The translations under genes and the position numbers were made by a program. This document shows, one piece after another, positions 1-12,050 of a DNA stretch of 64,000 nucleotides (the first letter of the stretch is position 1; the number at the start of each line of letters is the position of its first letter). Below the pieces are notes generated by a model. That model made no database searches and was not told where the DNA came from. It was given only the letters and a program-made list of their open reading frames with translations. The stretch is from Octopus vulgaris (taxonomy: Eukaryota): the NCBI GenBank assembly GCA_951406725.2, contig OX597818.1, forward strand, positions 145,762,001 to 145,826,000, read 5' to 3'.

Positions 1-2156
1 CATCTCATCTTGAAATATCTGAAATATCTGTTGTTTGAGATTGAACACAGCAGGATCAGAATCTTTCATAGCGTATTTACAAATGTACTCGACTAACTTT
101 ATGGAATTACAGTACTCTATATTTAATGGACATAGACTGTTTTAGTCTAAAACACAATCCATTGATTACCAATTACGTTACTAATTTTTGTTTCAAAACC
201 CCTATTTTGTATCGCCTCTTGTTACTATGAAGAATGTCCTCCATCACATGCTGTAGTGATCCCAGATGCGTCATCATGCGTAGAGCCGACCAGCTGTACC
301 TGTGCTCTACATCGCTGGCGGTCCTGTGCCAGCGCCTCTGCATCTTACAAGGAGACGTCGAGCCTCTGGAGATCTTCCACAGTTACGCCCAGCCATCTGG
401 TGCGGGGCCCGCCATGAAGCCCCTTTCAACTCGCAGCTGCTGCGTTGAATGAGAGTAAAGCCAACAATGGAGACCTGACCCTGGAGATAAATCGCACGGA
501 TCATGTACTCCCTATAGAATCTCCACTGGTGCTACTGCTCTATCTCCCGGAAGACGAAGTTCCGCATCTACAACGGATCGGTCCTCTCCATTCTCCTCTA
601 TGGAACGGAAACGTGGCCCCTCTCAAAGACCCTGACGAAGAAGACCAACGGCTTCGATAGCAGAGTCCTGAGAACCATCGAGAACAGATGGCACCATTAC
701 ACTTCCAACAAAGAACTGCGTGCGCGCATGCATCAGCTCCCCGCCCACCTCATAGCTATCCGTACGGACATGTCATCCGACTCCCGCTGGATCAGTCTAC
801 CATTGCATTTGTTCATATTTTTGTCTGTAAATGTTTTTCTTTTATAAATCCTACTTTTCAGTCTTTTACATTCTCTAATGCGTCATTTATTTTGTCATTC
901 TCTCTCCTTTTTGCAATCTTACTTTTTTTGTCTTTCTTATTTTCAAGTACTTTTTATTTCAAAAATTTCCTGTCTCTGCTGTCTTTTTTCTCTGTTATTT
1001 CACTTCCTTGTTCACTTGTCCACCTTTCATATCCCTTCACTTTTGTAACTTTATTTTCTATCTTTTTCGTTTTCTTCTGATATTATCTTACTCTTATGCG
1101 CTGATACTCTTTAAATTCTCATTTCTTTTTTACTGACGTATGATGATTTCCTTCCCTCTGCATTCCTCTTTATTCTCATGATTGTTTATAGAAAAGGGAA
1201 CATCGTAGTGATCGTTATCACTTAGACCACAATATGATACAGGGATGTTCCTTTTCGTAAGCGTTTGACCACGTATGAGAAAGAATTATTTCAACGTTAT
1301 TTTTGAGATACTAAACTGCTACATTGCACAATTCACTAATGACAGCAAATATGTAATTCCGCTATATGCTGACGTATGTTTGATATTCCTCTATTGTGCT
1401 GTTAGGAATAAAGGAATGAACATGCCTCCAATTAATGTGTATGTGCTGTACGGCTTCTCAAAGAGTTCGGTAACTTGCACTGTTATTGAGCAAGACTGAC
1501 ACGATTCTAAACATGCAGTTAACCCTAACCCCCGACTTTTAAAAGAGAAAGTTAATTTGATTTTGTTCAATATTTTTCAATGAATTTAATTAGATACTTT
1601 GCCTTCAGTTTAAACTTTAGATGGCTTCTTCACGAAGAGAACGATGATTGACAACGTCAAAACCAAAGACTGATAAGAGTCAAAACAATACCAATTTCCT
1701 CCTTAGAAAGCTGTCTTCCTAGCTTCGAGATCCATGACTCACTAAGTACAATTTTATATAAAAAAAAAAGAAAGAGAAAATGAACATTTTTCAATGAATT
1801 TAATAAGACACTTCACTTTCAATGTTGACTTTAGACACCTTTGTGAAGAGTATAGGGATTAATAATGTCATCAAGCAAAAGTGATAGGATTCAAAGCAAT
1901 TAGTGTTCCTACTATAGAAAGTTATCTTTTGCTTGCAACTGGAAAAAGAAATACTTTCGTTGTTTCCGGATGATTTCGGTTTGAACATCGTTTGTCTAAT
2001 ACCTATGTATAAGGAGTGGGAAGGGGGAAGATGGGAGAGGAAGATGTGATATGAAAGACGAAGAGGATAAGGTGAGAGAACAGACGAGAGAACGCGTCGC
2101 AAATTGGAAAATATAAAGGAATATGAAAGGTGGGGAGAGATACAGAGAGAGGGGAA

Positions 2157-2206
2157 GTGAGTGAGTGAGTGAGTGAATGAGTGTGTGAGCGAGCGAGCGA
2201 GTGAGT

Positions 2207-2237
<31 letters not shown>

Positions 2238-2316
2238 CGAGTGAGTGGGTGTGTCAGCGAGTGAGTGAGTGAGTGAGAGAGTGAGTGAGTGAGTGAGTGA
2301 GTGAGTGAGTGAGTGA
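2157..2316. repeat. (GAGT/GAGC)n microsatellite
   Basis: Tandem gagt units with gagc variants, seen directly. Confidence 0.95.
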
Positions 2317-2781
2317 AAGCTGGGTAGAGGGAGGCAGGAAAAGAAAATCGGTAGAGTTTGACTTAATGGTAAACATGTGTGCGTTTGTGAGTATGGCCAC
2401 TTTCACAGAGGTGGACATGATTTGTACGTATTTGTGTATGTATGAGTACCGTCATCAATAAATGAATGTGTGCACATGCTATTGTTGTCTAGCTACAAAA
2501 CAAACATGATCGAGTACATCTATGCACAATTGTTTTTTGTTACTTCTTATCCAATATGTCCTCCTCTCATTTTCCAAGTTGGCAACGTGTAATTTATGGA
2601 CAGAAAACACGTTTATCTGAATAACAGTTGTAAAATCACTAACCCACAACCATTCCATGTTCATTTCTTACTTAACTACGTTTACCTCACACCAACCCTG
2701 CTCGCCCCTCCTCCTACTTTTCAAACATCACCGGCGGCTGATCGAGTTCAATTTTATAAGTTGTGAAATATGTCATATTTC

Positions 2782-2850
2782 TATGTATGTACGTACGTAT
2801 GCATGTATGTATCTATGTATGTATGTATGTATGTATGTATGTATGCATGC

Positions 2851-2881
<31 letters not shown>

Positions 2882-3037
2882 CATGTATGCATGCATGTAT
2901 GTATGTATATATGTATGTATGTATGTGTGTATGTATGTATGTATGTATGTATGTATGCATGCATGTATGTATGTATGTGTGTATGTATGTATGTATGTAT
3001 GTATGTATGCATGCATGTATGCATGCATGTATGTATG

Positions 3038-3071
<34 letters not shown>

Positions 3072-3165
3072 TGTATGCATGTATGTATGTATGTGTGTAT
3101 GTATGTATGTATGTATGTATGTATGCATGTATGTATGCATGCATGTATGCATGCATGTATGTATG

Positions 3166-3199
<34 letters not shown>

Positions 3200-3241
3200 T
3201 GTATGTATGTATGTATGCATGCATGTATGTATGTATGTATG

Positions 3242-3273
<32 letters not shown>

Positions 3274-3471
3274 TGTATGTATGTATGTATGTGTGTATGT
3301 ATGTATGTATGTATGTATGTATGTATGTATGTATGTATGTATGTATGTATGTATGTATGTATGTATGTATGTGTGTATGTATGTATGTATGTATGTATGT
3401 ATGTATGTATGTATGTATGTATGTATGTATGTATGTATGTATGTATGTATGTGTGTATGTATGTATGTATG

Positions 3472-3505
<34 letters not shown>

Positions 3506-3663
3506 TGTATGTATGTATGTATGTATGTATGTATGTGTGTATGTAAGTATGTATGTATGTATGTATGTATGTATGCATGTATGTATGTATGTGTGTATGT
3601 AAGTATGTATGTATGTATGTATGTATGTATGTATGTATGTATGTGTGTATGTATGTATGTATG

Positions 3664-3695
<32 letters not shown>

Positions 3696-3828
3696 CATGT
3701 ATGTATGTATGTGTGTATGTAAGTATGTATGTATGTATGTATGTATGTATGCATGTATGTATGCATGCATGTATGTATGCATGCATGTATGTATGTATGT
3801 ATGTATGTATGTATGTATGTATGTATGT
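2782..3828. repeat. ~1.05-kb (ATGT)n microsatellite with ATGC/GTGT/AAGT variant units
   Basis: Seen directly. It explains the MYVC/HTYI ORFs in all six frames. Confidence 0.98.
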
Positions 3829-4010
3829 GACCGCGTATGTATCGTTGGCGATTTTTTCCTCCGTCTTCCCTTCTTTGGATCTTTCCTTTTCCTATGTTTC
3901 TCGCGAAGAGCTTTCCTTTCCCGAGCGTCCAATAACACTATACTTGTTTCACGTCCTCGCTTTGTTGTGTTTTCTCTTTGTGTTTTCATGTTTGGATTAA
4001 CTTTATATAC
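3829..4010 (+). repeat. Microsatellite-associated dispersed repeat, probably a Penelope pLTR-type remnant
   Basis: Its 3' part (actatacttgtttcacgtcctcgctttgttgtgttt...) recurs as a reverse complement at ~20035-20100. The family assignment is inference. Confidence 0.5.
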
Positions 4011-4599
4011 GTACGAATGCATACACATATACGTACACCCACCCATACACACACGCACACACACATACACACATACACACACATATGCTTCCTGGCCTCA
4101 TCCGCTTTCGGAAATTTCACCTCTACCGTGCCATACCCCCCTCATCTTAGTAACGTACGTTTTGGTGCTACACATTGGTCAGAAGCATTTTTCTATTTGC
4201 TGCAGTGTCGCTTGCTCTATTCTCCGACTTTATATTCCTATGCACCTGTAAATAAGTTTTGAGGCTGCTATCTTGCCAGATGGATTTTGGAATATTTAAT
4301 GTTTTGTTTGAACCAAACTTTCTAATGATGTTCTTAACATTTTTTAAATCCTGAAGGGATGAAAGAAATTTCTTGCATCTGGAGTACGGCGTGGTTGGAC
4401 ACACGAATGTTAGATTTGTTAATTGCAGTGTCTTGATTTTTTTTTTTATGTATTGGTGTTAATGAGGCGGTAGTAATGATGGAGTGCGCATGTGCACTGA
4501 AGCGACAACTTTCGTTTTTCTGTTTCTCATTTTCATTTTCATTTTTGTTGTTGTTGTTTTCATTTTCATTGCTACTGTTGTTGTCATCTTCTTCTTCCA

Positions 4600-5077
4600 A
4601 TCAGAACTCACGCCATTAGCCAAAAAGAATAATCTCTAATTCGAGCCTACTCTAAGCTATTAAAAACGCGTGTGGCAACTTGAAGATCTACCCACCACAC
4701 GCGATAGACAGGCGGTTGCACGGGCGCGAAAGTTACGTTGTTACCATCATTCCGTAAACGGTAGCTTTTAACTGGGGGAACCATCCTGGGGTACAGAGGA
4801 CTCGCAATCTAGACTAGGGTCTGAAAGTTTACCACACCATAGTGGGTTCCACCATGGTTCCTCTGCTTTGTCGCAGAATTAGGAAGAAAGAGTGAGGGGA
4901 AGTTATGGTGAAAGAGTACAGCGGAGTTCACCCCATCCCCCCCCCCCGCCGCCGGATCATCGTGGAGCTTAGGTGTTTTTGCTCAATAAACACCCACAAT
5001 GCCCGGTCTGAGAATCGAAACCGCGTTCTTACGACCGTGAATCCGCTGCCCTAACCACTGGGCCATTGCGCCTCCAC
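4600..5077 (-). mobile_element. tRNA-derived SINE head (same family as 35762) joined to a different 3' body
   Basis: The reverse complement starts gtggaggcgcaatggcccagtggttagggcagcgg...ggtttcgattc (A- and B-box-like). It matches the 35762 copy over ~4881-5077. Confidence 0.75.
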
Positions 5078-5419
5078 ACTGTTGTTGTCGTTTCGGTCAG
5101 CACTAATGGTGACGGTGGTAATGGTGGTGCTTTACTTTTACTTTGATATGGAGACGGCAGAGTGAAGACAGTTCTTCCAGTCTCTAATCTCACTCTCTTT
5201 GCTTTCCGTAGAGTTTTTTTTTTTAATGAGTACTTTTCAGAAATTTAACCAGAAATTCAGAAGGGCCTTTGGGGGGAGATTATGTAAGACACAGAACAAA
5301 TATTTTGAACATATATATATTCTTGAAAGACTGTCAAAATAAAGCAACATTTACCAGCGATTCGAAGCGACGCGTTGCTGGCACCACAACAAAAAAATAT
5401 TAATTGCTGCAATAATAAT

Positions 5420-5636
5420 ACTCCCTTCTCCTCTAGATTCGGGTCTGAAATTTTTCTGGAGGGTGCTTGCCAATTACATCGACCCAGGGCTCAACTGGTA
5501 CTTTATTTTATTGACTCTGAAAGGATGAAAGGCAAAGTTGACGTCGGGGAAATTTAAACTCAAAACGCAGAGACGGACGAAATGCCGCTAAGCATATTGT
5601 CCGGCATGCTGATGATTGCGTCAGCTCATTACCTTC
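5420..5636 (-). mobile_element. Nin/Deu-domain-type SINE
   Basis: Reverse complement of the family core gtcgactttgcctttcatcctttc...gataaa...gtaccag. Many copies occur in the window. Confidence 0.8.
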
Positions 5637-5649
5637 ATAATAATATTAA

Positions 5650-6120
5650 TTCATTCTTTTATTAGCCACAAGGGCTTACATAAAACAACAGGAAATGACA
5701 TGACACAACATAAAAGACAACACAAGACGAGACAAAAGGTTTTCATCGTGTAAACAATATATATATATAACAATAAAAAATGAAACAAAATAAAACTCCC
5801 AAGAGGGAAAGCACTTTAAAGGTCCTCGCGGAAAATCCCACAAAAGCCACGGGTTCCTGATCAACAAGGCAAGAGCCCTTCTCCTTTTATTATCTCACGG
5901 GTATACGCTCAGAATTGGTCCTTTCACGCTGGCCATTCTTCTAATATTCACCCACCTTCCAGCAAGCTTGCTAGAAGACAACACTTCACTCTCCACCCTC
6001 ACTTTCTTCTTCAAGTGAAAGTTGAAGAAGTTGACAAACTCTTAGCCAGAGAGGAAAGTGTCTGACTTTAGCCTTTTCAGACGAGTCCACCATACTACCT
6101 CTTTCGCTACAGCCACCAGA
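5650..6120 (-). mobile_element. 3' end of an L1/Tx1-type LINE (ORF2 C-terminus plus 3' UTR)
   Basis: The minus strand translates LVAVAKEVVWWTRLKRLKSDTFLSG*EFVNFFNFHLKKKVRVESE...GRWVNI, which resembles Tx1 ORF2 C-termini. A T-rich 3' UTR follows. Confidence 0.65.
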
Positions 6121-6134
6121 TAATAATATCAATA

Positions 6135-6290
6135 ATACTTTCTACTATAGGCCTTATGCCTAAAATTTGGTGGTAGGAAGCTAGTCGATTATATTGACTC
6201 CAGTGTTCAATTGGTTATTTCATCGACTCTGAATGGATGAAAGGCAAAGTCCATCGCGGCTGAATTTGAACTTAGGACCTAAAGACGAGA
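6135..6290 (-). mobile_element. Nin/Deu-type SINE, truncated
   Basis: gtcgattatattgactccagtg...ggatgaaaggcaaagtc...gaatttgaact matches the family. Confidence 0.75.
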
Positions 6291-6554
6291 GAATGCGTTT
6301 GTACCTGAAAAGACTATGTGGGTTGCTAAAACGTATCGAATTTATACGTCTAAATAAAGTATAAACAAAGCATATTAAAATTCGTATTCACGAAAAAACG
6401 TTTTAATATATTATAATCGTTACAAAAGAGCTTTCCTGTGGAGATATTTGCCGAATGTTTCGTATGCGCGAGCAAAAATATTGGTGAATTACAATTATTG
6501 AATTAAAATATTCATGCAATGAAATTCTTAAATTTTTTTACAAATCTTTCATTT

Positions 6555-6556
<2 letters not shown>

Positions 6557-6606
<50 letters not shown>

Positions 6607-6680
6607 CTGTGTGTGTGTGTCTGTGTGTGTTGTGTCTATGTCTCTCTGTGTGTGCGTACGTACGTGCGTGTGTGTGTGTG
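6557..6680. repeat. (GT)n microsatellite
   Basis: Seen directly. Confidence 0.95.
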
Positions 6681-7954
6681 TACAAGTTTTTTCTCCTTGA
6701 TATAACTATACTAATAACTAGTTTTTAGAACTCAATATGCACATGATTTAGAATAAAGCACTGGAAGATAAAAACGCAGATCGTAATCTCAAGCCGTGAC
6801 GAACTTAAGACAATGTGAGCAAAACGGAATTCCTCGAAGCGAAACAAATGTGCAGGATCCAAAACTGATCAAATTGTACGGAGTGATGCTAGCTTATCTC
6901 TCTCACATGCTAAATATATTTCGACAAAGCAGTTTTATAAACTTCTTTTTACGGTGAACAAAGGAGAATCTGTGCTGATAAATTCAACATGTGAAGCTAT
7001 ATTCAGCCAATTTTATGTGAGATTTCACTCTTTAATTGTTGCTTAGGTGCACCTTAGCTCAGTATACTTCACTGCGCAATTTAACTTCAAGAGAGCCACT
7101 TTACAGTTTATATATTTCTTGAGAAGGTACACGATTTGAATTGCACTAGAAAGCCATTTACTGCTGTAAGTGATGAAAGTAGAAATGTCTATCGGGGTTT
7201 TCTTTATTCCACGTCTAGTCAAGCCAGAATAATTTGAATGTCTCACTTTGGTCCGAAGATGGAAGCGAGATAGTCGTGTAACGATTTGTGAATTTTTAGC
7301 TTCCAATAAATATATGCTTGTGTATGTGTGTGTACATGCATGTGCGCATGCGCGATGTGTGCGCGTGTGAAATGTGCGTACGTATGCTATGTGTGTGTGT
7401 GTGTGCGTACATGTGAGAAACAGCGTACCTATGATACGTATATATATAGTATGCCTGAGAGAAATACCTCAAAGAAGTATTATATGCCTTAAATCGATAT
7501 ACAATAAAGTCTCTCATATTTACACACATACACACACGCACACACAATGCAAGAACTTGGGGCAATGGTTGATTGATGATTTTTTTTAACAAGTATACAT
7601 GGTGCGGACTTGAATGTTTAAGGTCTTTAAATCCAGCAGAGGAAAGCAACACAGATGCGTCGGTCTGACACAGATTTCTCAGGAAATCATACACTGTTCA
7701 GATGAGATAACAAAAAGTAAACAATGTACGTGTGTGTGTGTGTGCAAAGGTAAAGGAATTACGAACGAAGAATTCAAATACAAAACTAATGTTCAAGGGA
7801 CGTTCACGGTAAATATTTTAATTTTGTCGCTCGGTAAGTGTAAAAGTATGACCTTTCGGGCATGGTTCTTCGTCGGATATGGAGAACAAAGACCAAAAGA
7901 GAGGAGAAAGGGGAAAGGAAATGAGATAGAAACAAAGAATCAGGAATATGTATA

Positions 7955-8005
<51 letters not shown>

Positions 8006-8029
8006 ATAAACATATATATATTGTTCTTA

Positions 8030-8194
8030 TCTTCTACTTGTTTCATTGATTAGGCTGAGTAAATCGACCCCAGAACTGATTTTTAGGCCTGGCACTTATC
8101 CTATCTTTCTCTCTTTCCGAATCGCTAAGTTACGTGGATCAACATCGGTTGTCAACCGATGGTGGGGAACAAACACAAACACGAGGGGGACACT

Positions 8195-8200
<6 letters not shown>
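8030..8200 (-). mobile_element. CORE-type SINE, 3' portion
   Basis: Matches 22228-22420 (aatcgaccccag...gctaagttacg...catcggttgtcaa). Confidence 0.7.
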
Positions 8201-8254
<54 letters not shown>

Positions 8255-8273
8255 TACATTACACAACTAGTTG

Positions 8274-8317
<44 letters not shown>

Positions 8318-8599
8318 TATACACAACTAGTTGAAGTACCTCTTCTTGCTCGAGTTGAAAACTCGTGGAATTAACGGCAACGTTGAAAAGTAATTTATTT
8401 AACTTATAGTAAATCTTTTCGAAAAACACTCGGCTAAATTTCTGACTGAGTATAGATTGCAGGCTTTTCTTAAGCATTTTTAAAGATTATTTTTAAGATA
8501 TCAAAGTTTTAAATACATGTGAGTTCATTTCTGCAAAAATATTATAAAGAAACTCAAATCTTTTTAATCCTCCAGTTCCAATTTCAACGGACGTAATTT

Positions 8600-8790
8600 T
8601 TACCCTAATCCGAAACTGTTGCCAAGAGCAAACACCAAACCCTAACTTTAGATGCTAGCCCTTAGCCCTCACCTTACACCCTAACTGTAAACCCTAATGC
8701 TAATCTAATCCCTAAAACCTACACCCTGGTCCTAATCTTAAATCCAAATACTAACCCTAATCCTAAATCCAAACTGCAACCCCCGACGCA
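8600..8790. repeat. Degenerate CCCTAA telomere-like tract
   Basis: Repeated accctaa/ccctaat/cctaaa units. Confidence 0.65.
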
Positions 8791-8929
8791 AATTTTGAAG
8801 GTAAATAGCAATTTCTTATGTTTAAAGCATATATTTCTAGAATAAAATCTTGAAAACGAAGATTACCACCACGTATTTTGAAATTAAGTGGAACAAAAGA
8901 AAAATGATAAACAATTGTAATTTTGAAAA

Positions 8930-9410
8930 ACCAGTCAAACTGGCGAACGTGGACGGGTGAGAGGACTCGGAAAATTCACATCGGGAATGTTCCAAATCTT
9001 CTCAACCACCACCACCCCGCCGCCTGTTCGCCAGTACGCATTTCTTTTTTCATATTCGTTTACTACATGTTGTTTTACACCTATTACACTTTTTTTTTCA
9101 TTTTTATGACAGGGTATCGAAGTGGGGTTACTGGATCGTGTGAAATATCCGAGTCCGCACCCCATCACCCCCCCCCCCCATCACAAAAAAAAACTGAGAA
9201 AAAAAAACAGACTACTAGGTGTAAAATAATGTGTAGTAAACGAATTTGAAGAAAAACAGTTTCGCCGACGAACGGGGAAGTGGTGAGAGGACTCGGAACA
9301 TTCCCGATGTGAATTTTCCGAATCCTCTCCCCCGCTCCCCGTCAGCAGCGGGGGAGATCACTCTCATATTCGTTTAAAACATGTTTTACACCTTTTGCAC
9401 TATTCTTTTT
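8930..9410. mobile_element. Foldback/MITE-like element with nested inverted repeats
   Basis: 8956-9008 is approximately the reverse complement of 9282-9332, and 9045-9100 of 9200-9256. Confidence 0.65.
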
Positions 9411-9659
9411 TTGTTTGTTTGTTTTGGGGGGTTTTTTAATGTTTTGTTTTGCTTTTGCTTGGGTCAAACACTGGAGTTTGAGCGAAAAACCTATTTGCAG
9501 AATTGTAATTTCTGTTGCTTAAAACAAAAATCCGAAAAATTTTTGAAAACAAAAAAAAAAATAAAAGATGATAAAACTTACGTGGCGAGTTTATCTGAAG
9601 CTTCGTCAAACAATAATATTCGTTTCTAATCTAGGCACAAGGCCCGAAATTTTAGGGTG

Positions 9660-9835
9660 AAGTGCTAAGCAGTATTTCGTCTGTCTTTACGTTCTGAGTT
9701 CAAATTCCGCCGAGGTCGACTTTGCCTTTCATCCTTTCGGGTTCGATGAATTAAGTATCAGTTGCGTACTGGGGTCGATCTAATCGACTGGCCCCCTCCC
9801 CCGAAGTTTCGGGCCTTGTACCTAGAGTACAAAAG
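9660..9835 (+). mobile_element. Nin/Deu-type SINE, well preserved
   Basis: gagttcaaattccgccgaggtcgactttgcctttcatcctttcgggttcgat, with CpGs intact. Confidence 0.85.
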
Positions 9836-9873
9836 AAAAAAATTTATTGCCTGCATCGATTTCAACTCGTTGC

Positions 9874-9924
<51 letters not shown>

Positions 9925-9954
9925 TATATGCGTGCGTGTGTGTGTGTGTGATCT

Positions 9955-10355
9955 CTTCGGTTTGAACGGCAGTTTTTAACGTAATTTCTAGGTAACTAAA
10001 AAATGTTAAACTTCGTATACTGGTAGAATGTGTTTATAAAACATCATTTTCTCTTGGCTTTCTTGAGAAAATTCTGTAGTTTGTAACATATTTCATCTTT
10101 AATTTCTTGCATTTCGGCAATTTTAACCAATCAATGACCGTCCATTGAGGTGAAATCATTCTGTGTCGTTTAAGAAACAGATTGGGTTTAGTTATATTTG
10201 TGAAGAAGAAAAGATACCCTTCCCCCACCCCTAACCCTAACCCTAACTAACCCTAAATCTAAAATAGATTGAAATGCAATAGATCGATACTAGGATCATA
10301 ATTATGGGTGACAATTTCATATGACACCTCTAGAAAAAACTGCCCAAAAAACTGT
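9955..10355. mobile_element. Non-autonomous DNA transposon-like element with internal (CCCTAA)n
   Basis: The ends cggtttgaacggcagttttt and aaaaaactgcccaaaaaactg form imperfect TIRs. ccctaaccctaaccctaa lies at ~10229-10256. Confidence 0.55.
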
Positions 10356-10402
10356 AAATAAAAAAAATGTGAGCAAAACTGCGTTGTAGGTGAAATACAT
10401 AC

Positions 10403-10444
<42 letters not shown>

Positions 10445-11606
10445 CACACATATTTATGTACGTACGTAACTATGTATGTACGTACGTGCATATGTATTTA
10501 TATATCTATAATCAATCTGAATGTCTCGAAGACTTTACACCTGTATTACAACAATTTGTAATCGTCGTAAATTACGAAATATACACTGAAAAATTATCAT
10601 TAAATAACGAACTGAACTAGGGTTTTTTGTGTGTCATTCAACTATTTAGCATTTGCTTTTTTTGTAATCGATAGAAGCAGTTTCAAGTTTGCAGCTTATC
10701 GAAGGAAGGAGTAGTTGGCATATAGGAAATAGCAATGTACTTAAATAGCTGTAATTCCTGCAATACAGAAATGTATCTTAGACAATCACGATGGAAGATG
10801 CACTGATAGTGCCACAGTGAAAGATCCATTAACCGGCTGAGTGAGGTTAATCGACGAATGACAGCAATTTGAAACATAAAGCGAGGCTTAAAATTCCGTT
10901 TACATTCACTAACCGTTCTTTATGCGTATAGAATGTTCGCACAGACACTCATCGAAAAATGTCTTGAATTTGTTCAATAATGCACTAGAAGAAATATTAG
11001 GGGTTGGTGTGGAGTTGCTAATCTATAGCGGAAAATGAAAATGTTAAAATTTATTCGTCCGATTTTTCATGACTTCTCTTAAGACTCTACCTGAAAGATC
11101 AGCAGTCAGAAGGCCAGTGAGCTGATACTTCTAAACAAATTTTTCCGACCCGATTCATTGGATTGAAGACAGCGCATAATAAGAAGCTATTCATCTTCTG
11201 GAACCCTATTACGGTGATTTATTCTTGCCTGGTTAGCTTTTCATACGTCTTAACTATCCACTGGGGTTTGATTCTAAAGGTCAGGTTACTTTCCTCATAG
11301 AGAAAGGTCGATGTTATTATTTGGCTAGCATAATCTTTGCTTAAAACCTGTATTTTTCTAATCTGTATAGTGCAGTGATTCAGAGACAGGCTAAAAGTGT
11401 TTTTAAAACTGACGAGATGCAGTAAAATATAATGGGAAACATTGGTGTTATTATTACAATACAGAAAGTGTTACGCCTAGATACCAATAAGCTGTTAATG
11501 TAAGAGATTATACTTAAGCGGAAAGAATACCTTGTTAAAGTAATGTTTCCATCGAATATTTACGCGCTTTTCAAATATATTTGATCTTAATATAAATGTA
11601 AAATCA

Positions 11607-11735
11607 TTTTGCCTTTCATCCTTCCGCTGGATAAGGGGTCGATAAAATAAATACCAGTTTAACACTTGGGTCGATGTAATCCACTTATTCTCACTCCTAG
11701 AATTGCTGGCTTTGTGCTAACATTTGAAATCAATA
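11607..11735 (+). mobile_element. Nin/Deu-type SINE fragment
   Basis: ttttgcctttcatcctt...ggggtcgataaaataaataccag. It is flanked by the direct repeat aatataaatgtaaaatcattt (a TSD). Confidence 0.8.
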
Positions 11736-11939
11736 TAAATGTAAAATCATTTATTTGTTCATCTAGCAGTGAAATTCTACAACGTGTAACTTCCTCTAAA
11801 AATGCCTACATAGCAAGGAGCGCAACTTATTCCTCACTCAATATAAACCCTTAAAAATATTTTAAAGTAGAGCAGGATTTGTGTCATCTCCTGATGCTTC
11901 ACATCAAACTTCGCCCTAATTAACTTTAAAATATATATG

Positions 11940-12050
<111 letters not shown>

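Noticed and set aside
688-1080. 130-aa hydrophobic ORF as a membrane protein
   Set aside because: The F/L/S richness comes from a low-complexity T-rich tract, with no other support.
2657-4251. Long ORFs of 232-447 aa (MYVC/HTYI repeats)
   Set aside because: They are translations of a stop-free (ATGT)n tract and are open on both strands.
8600-8790. True telomere or chromosome-fusion site
   Set aside because: The tract is short, degenerate and in a single orientation, with no head-to-head TTAGGG/CCCTAA junction.
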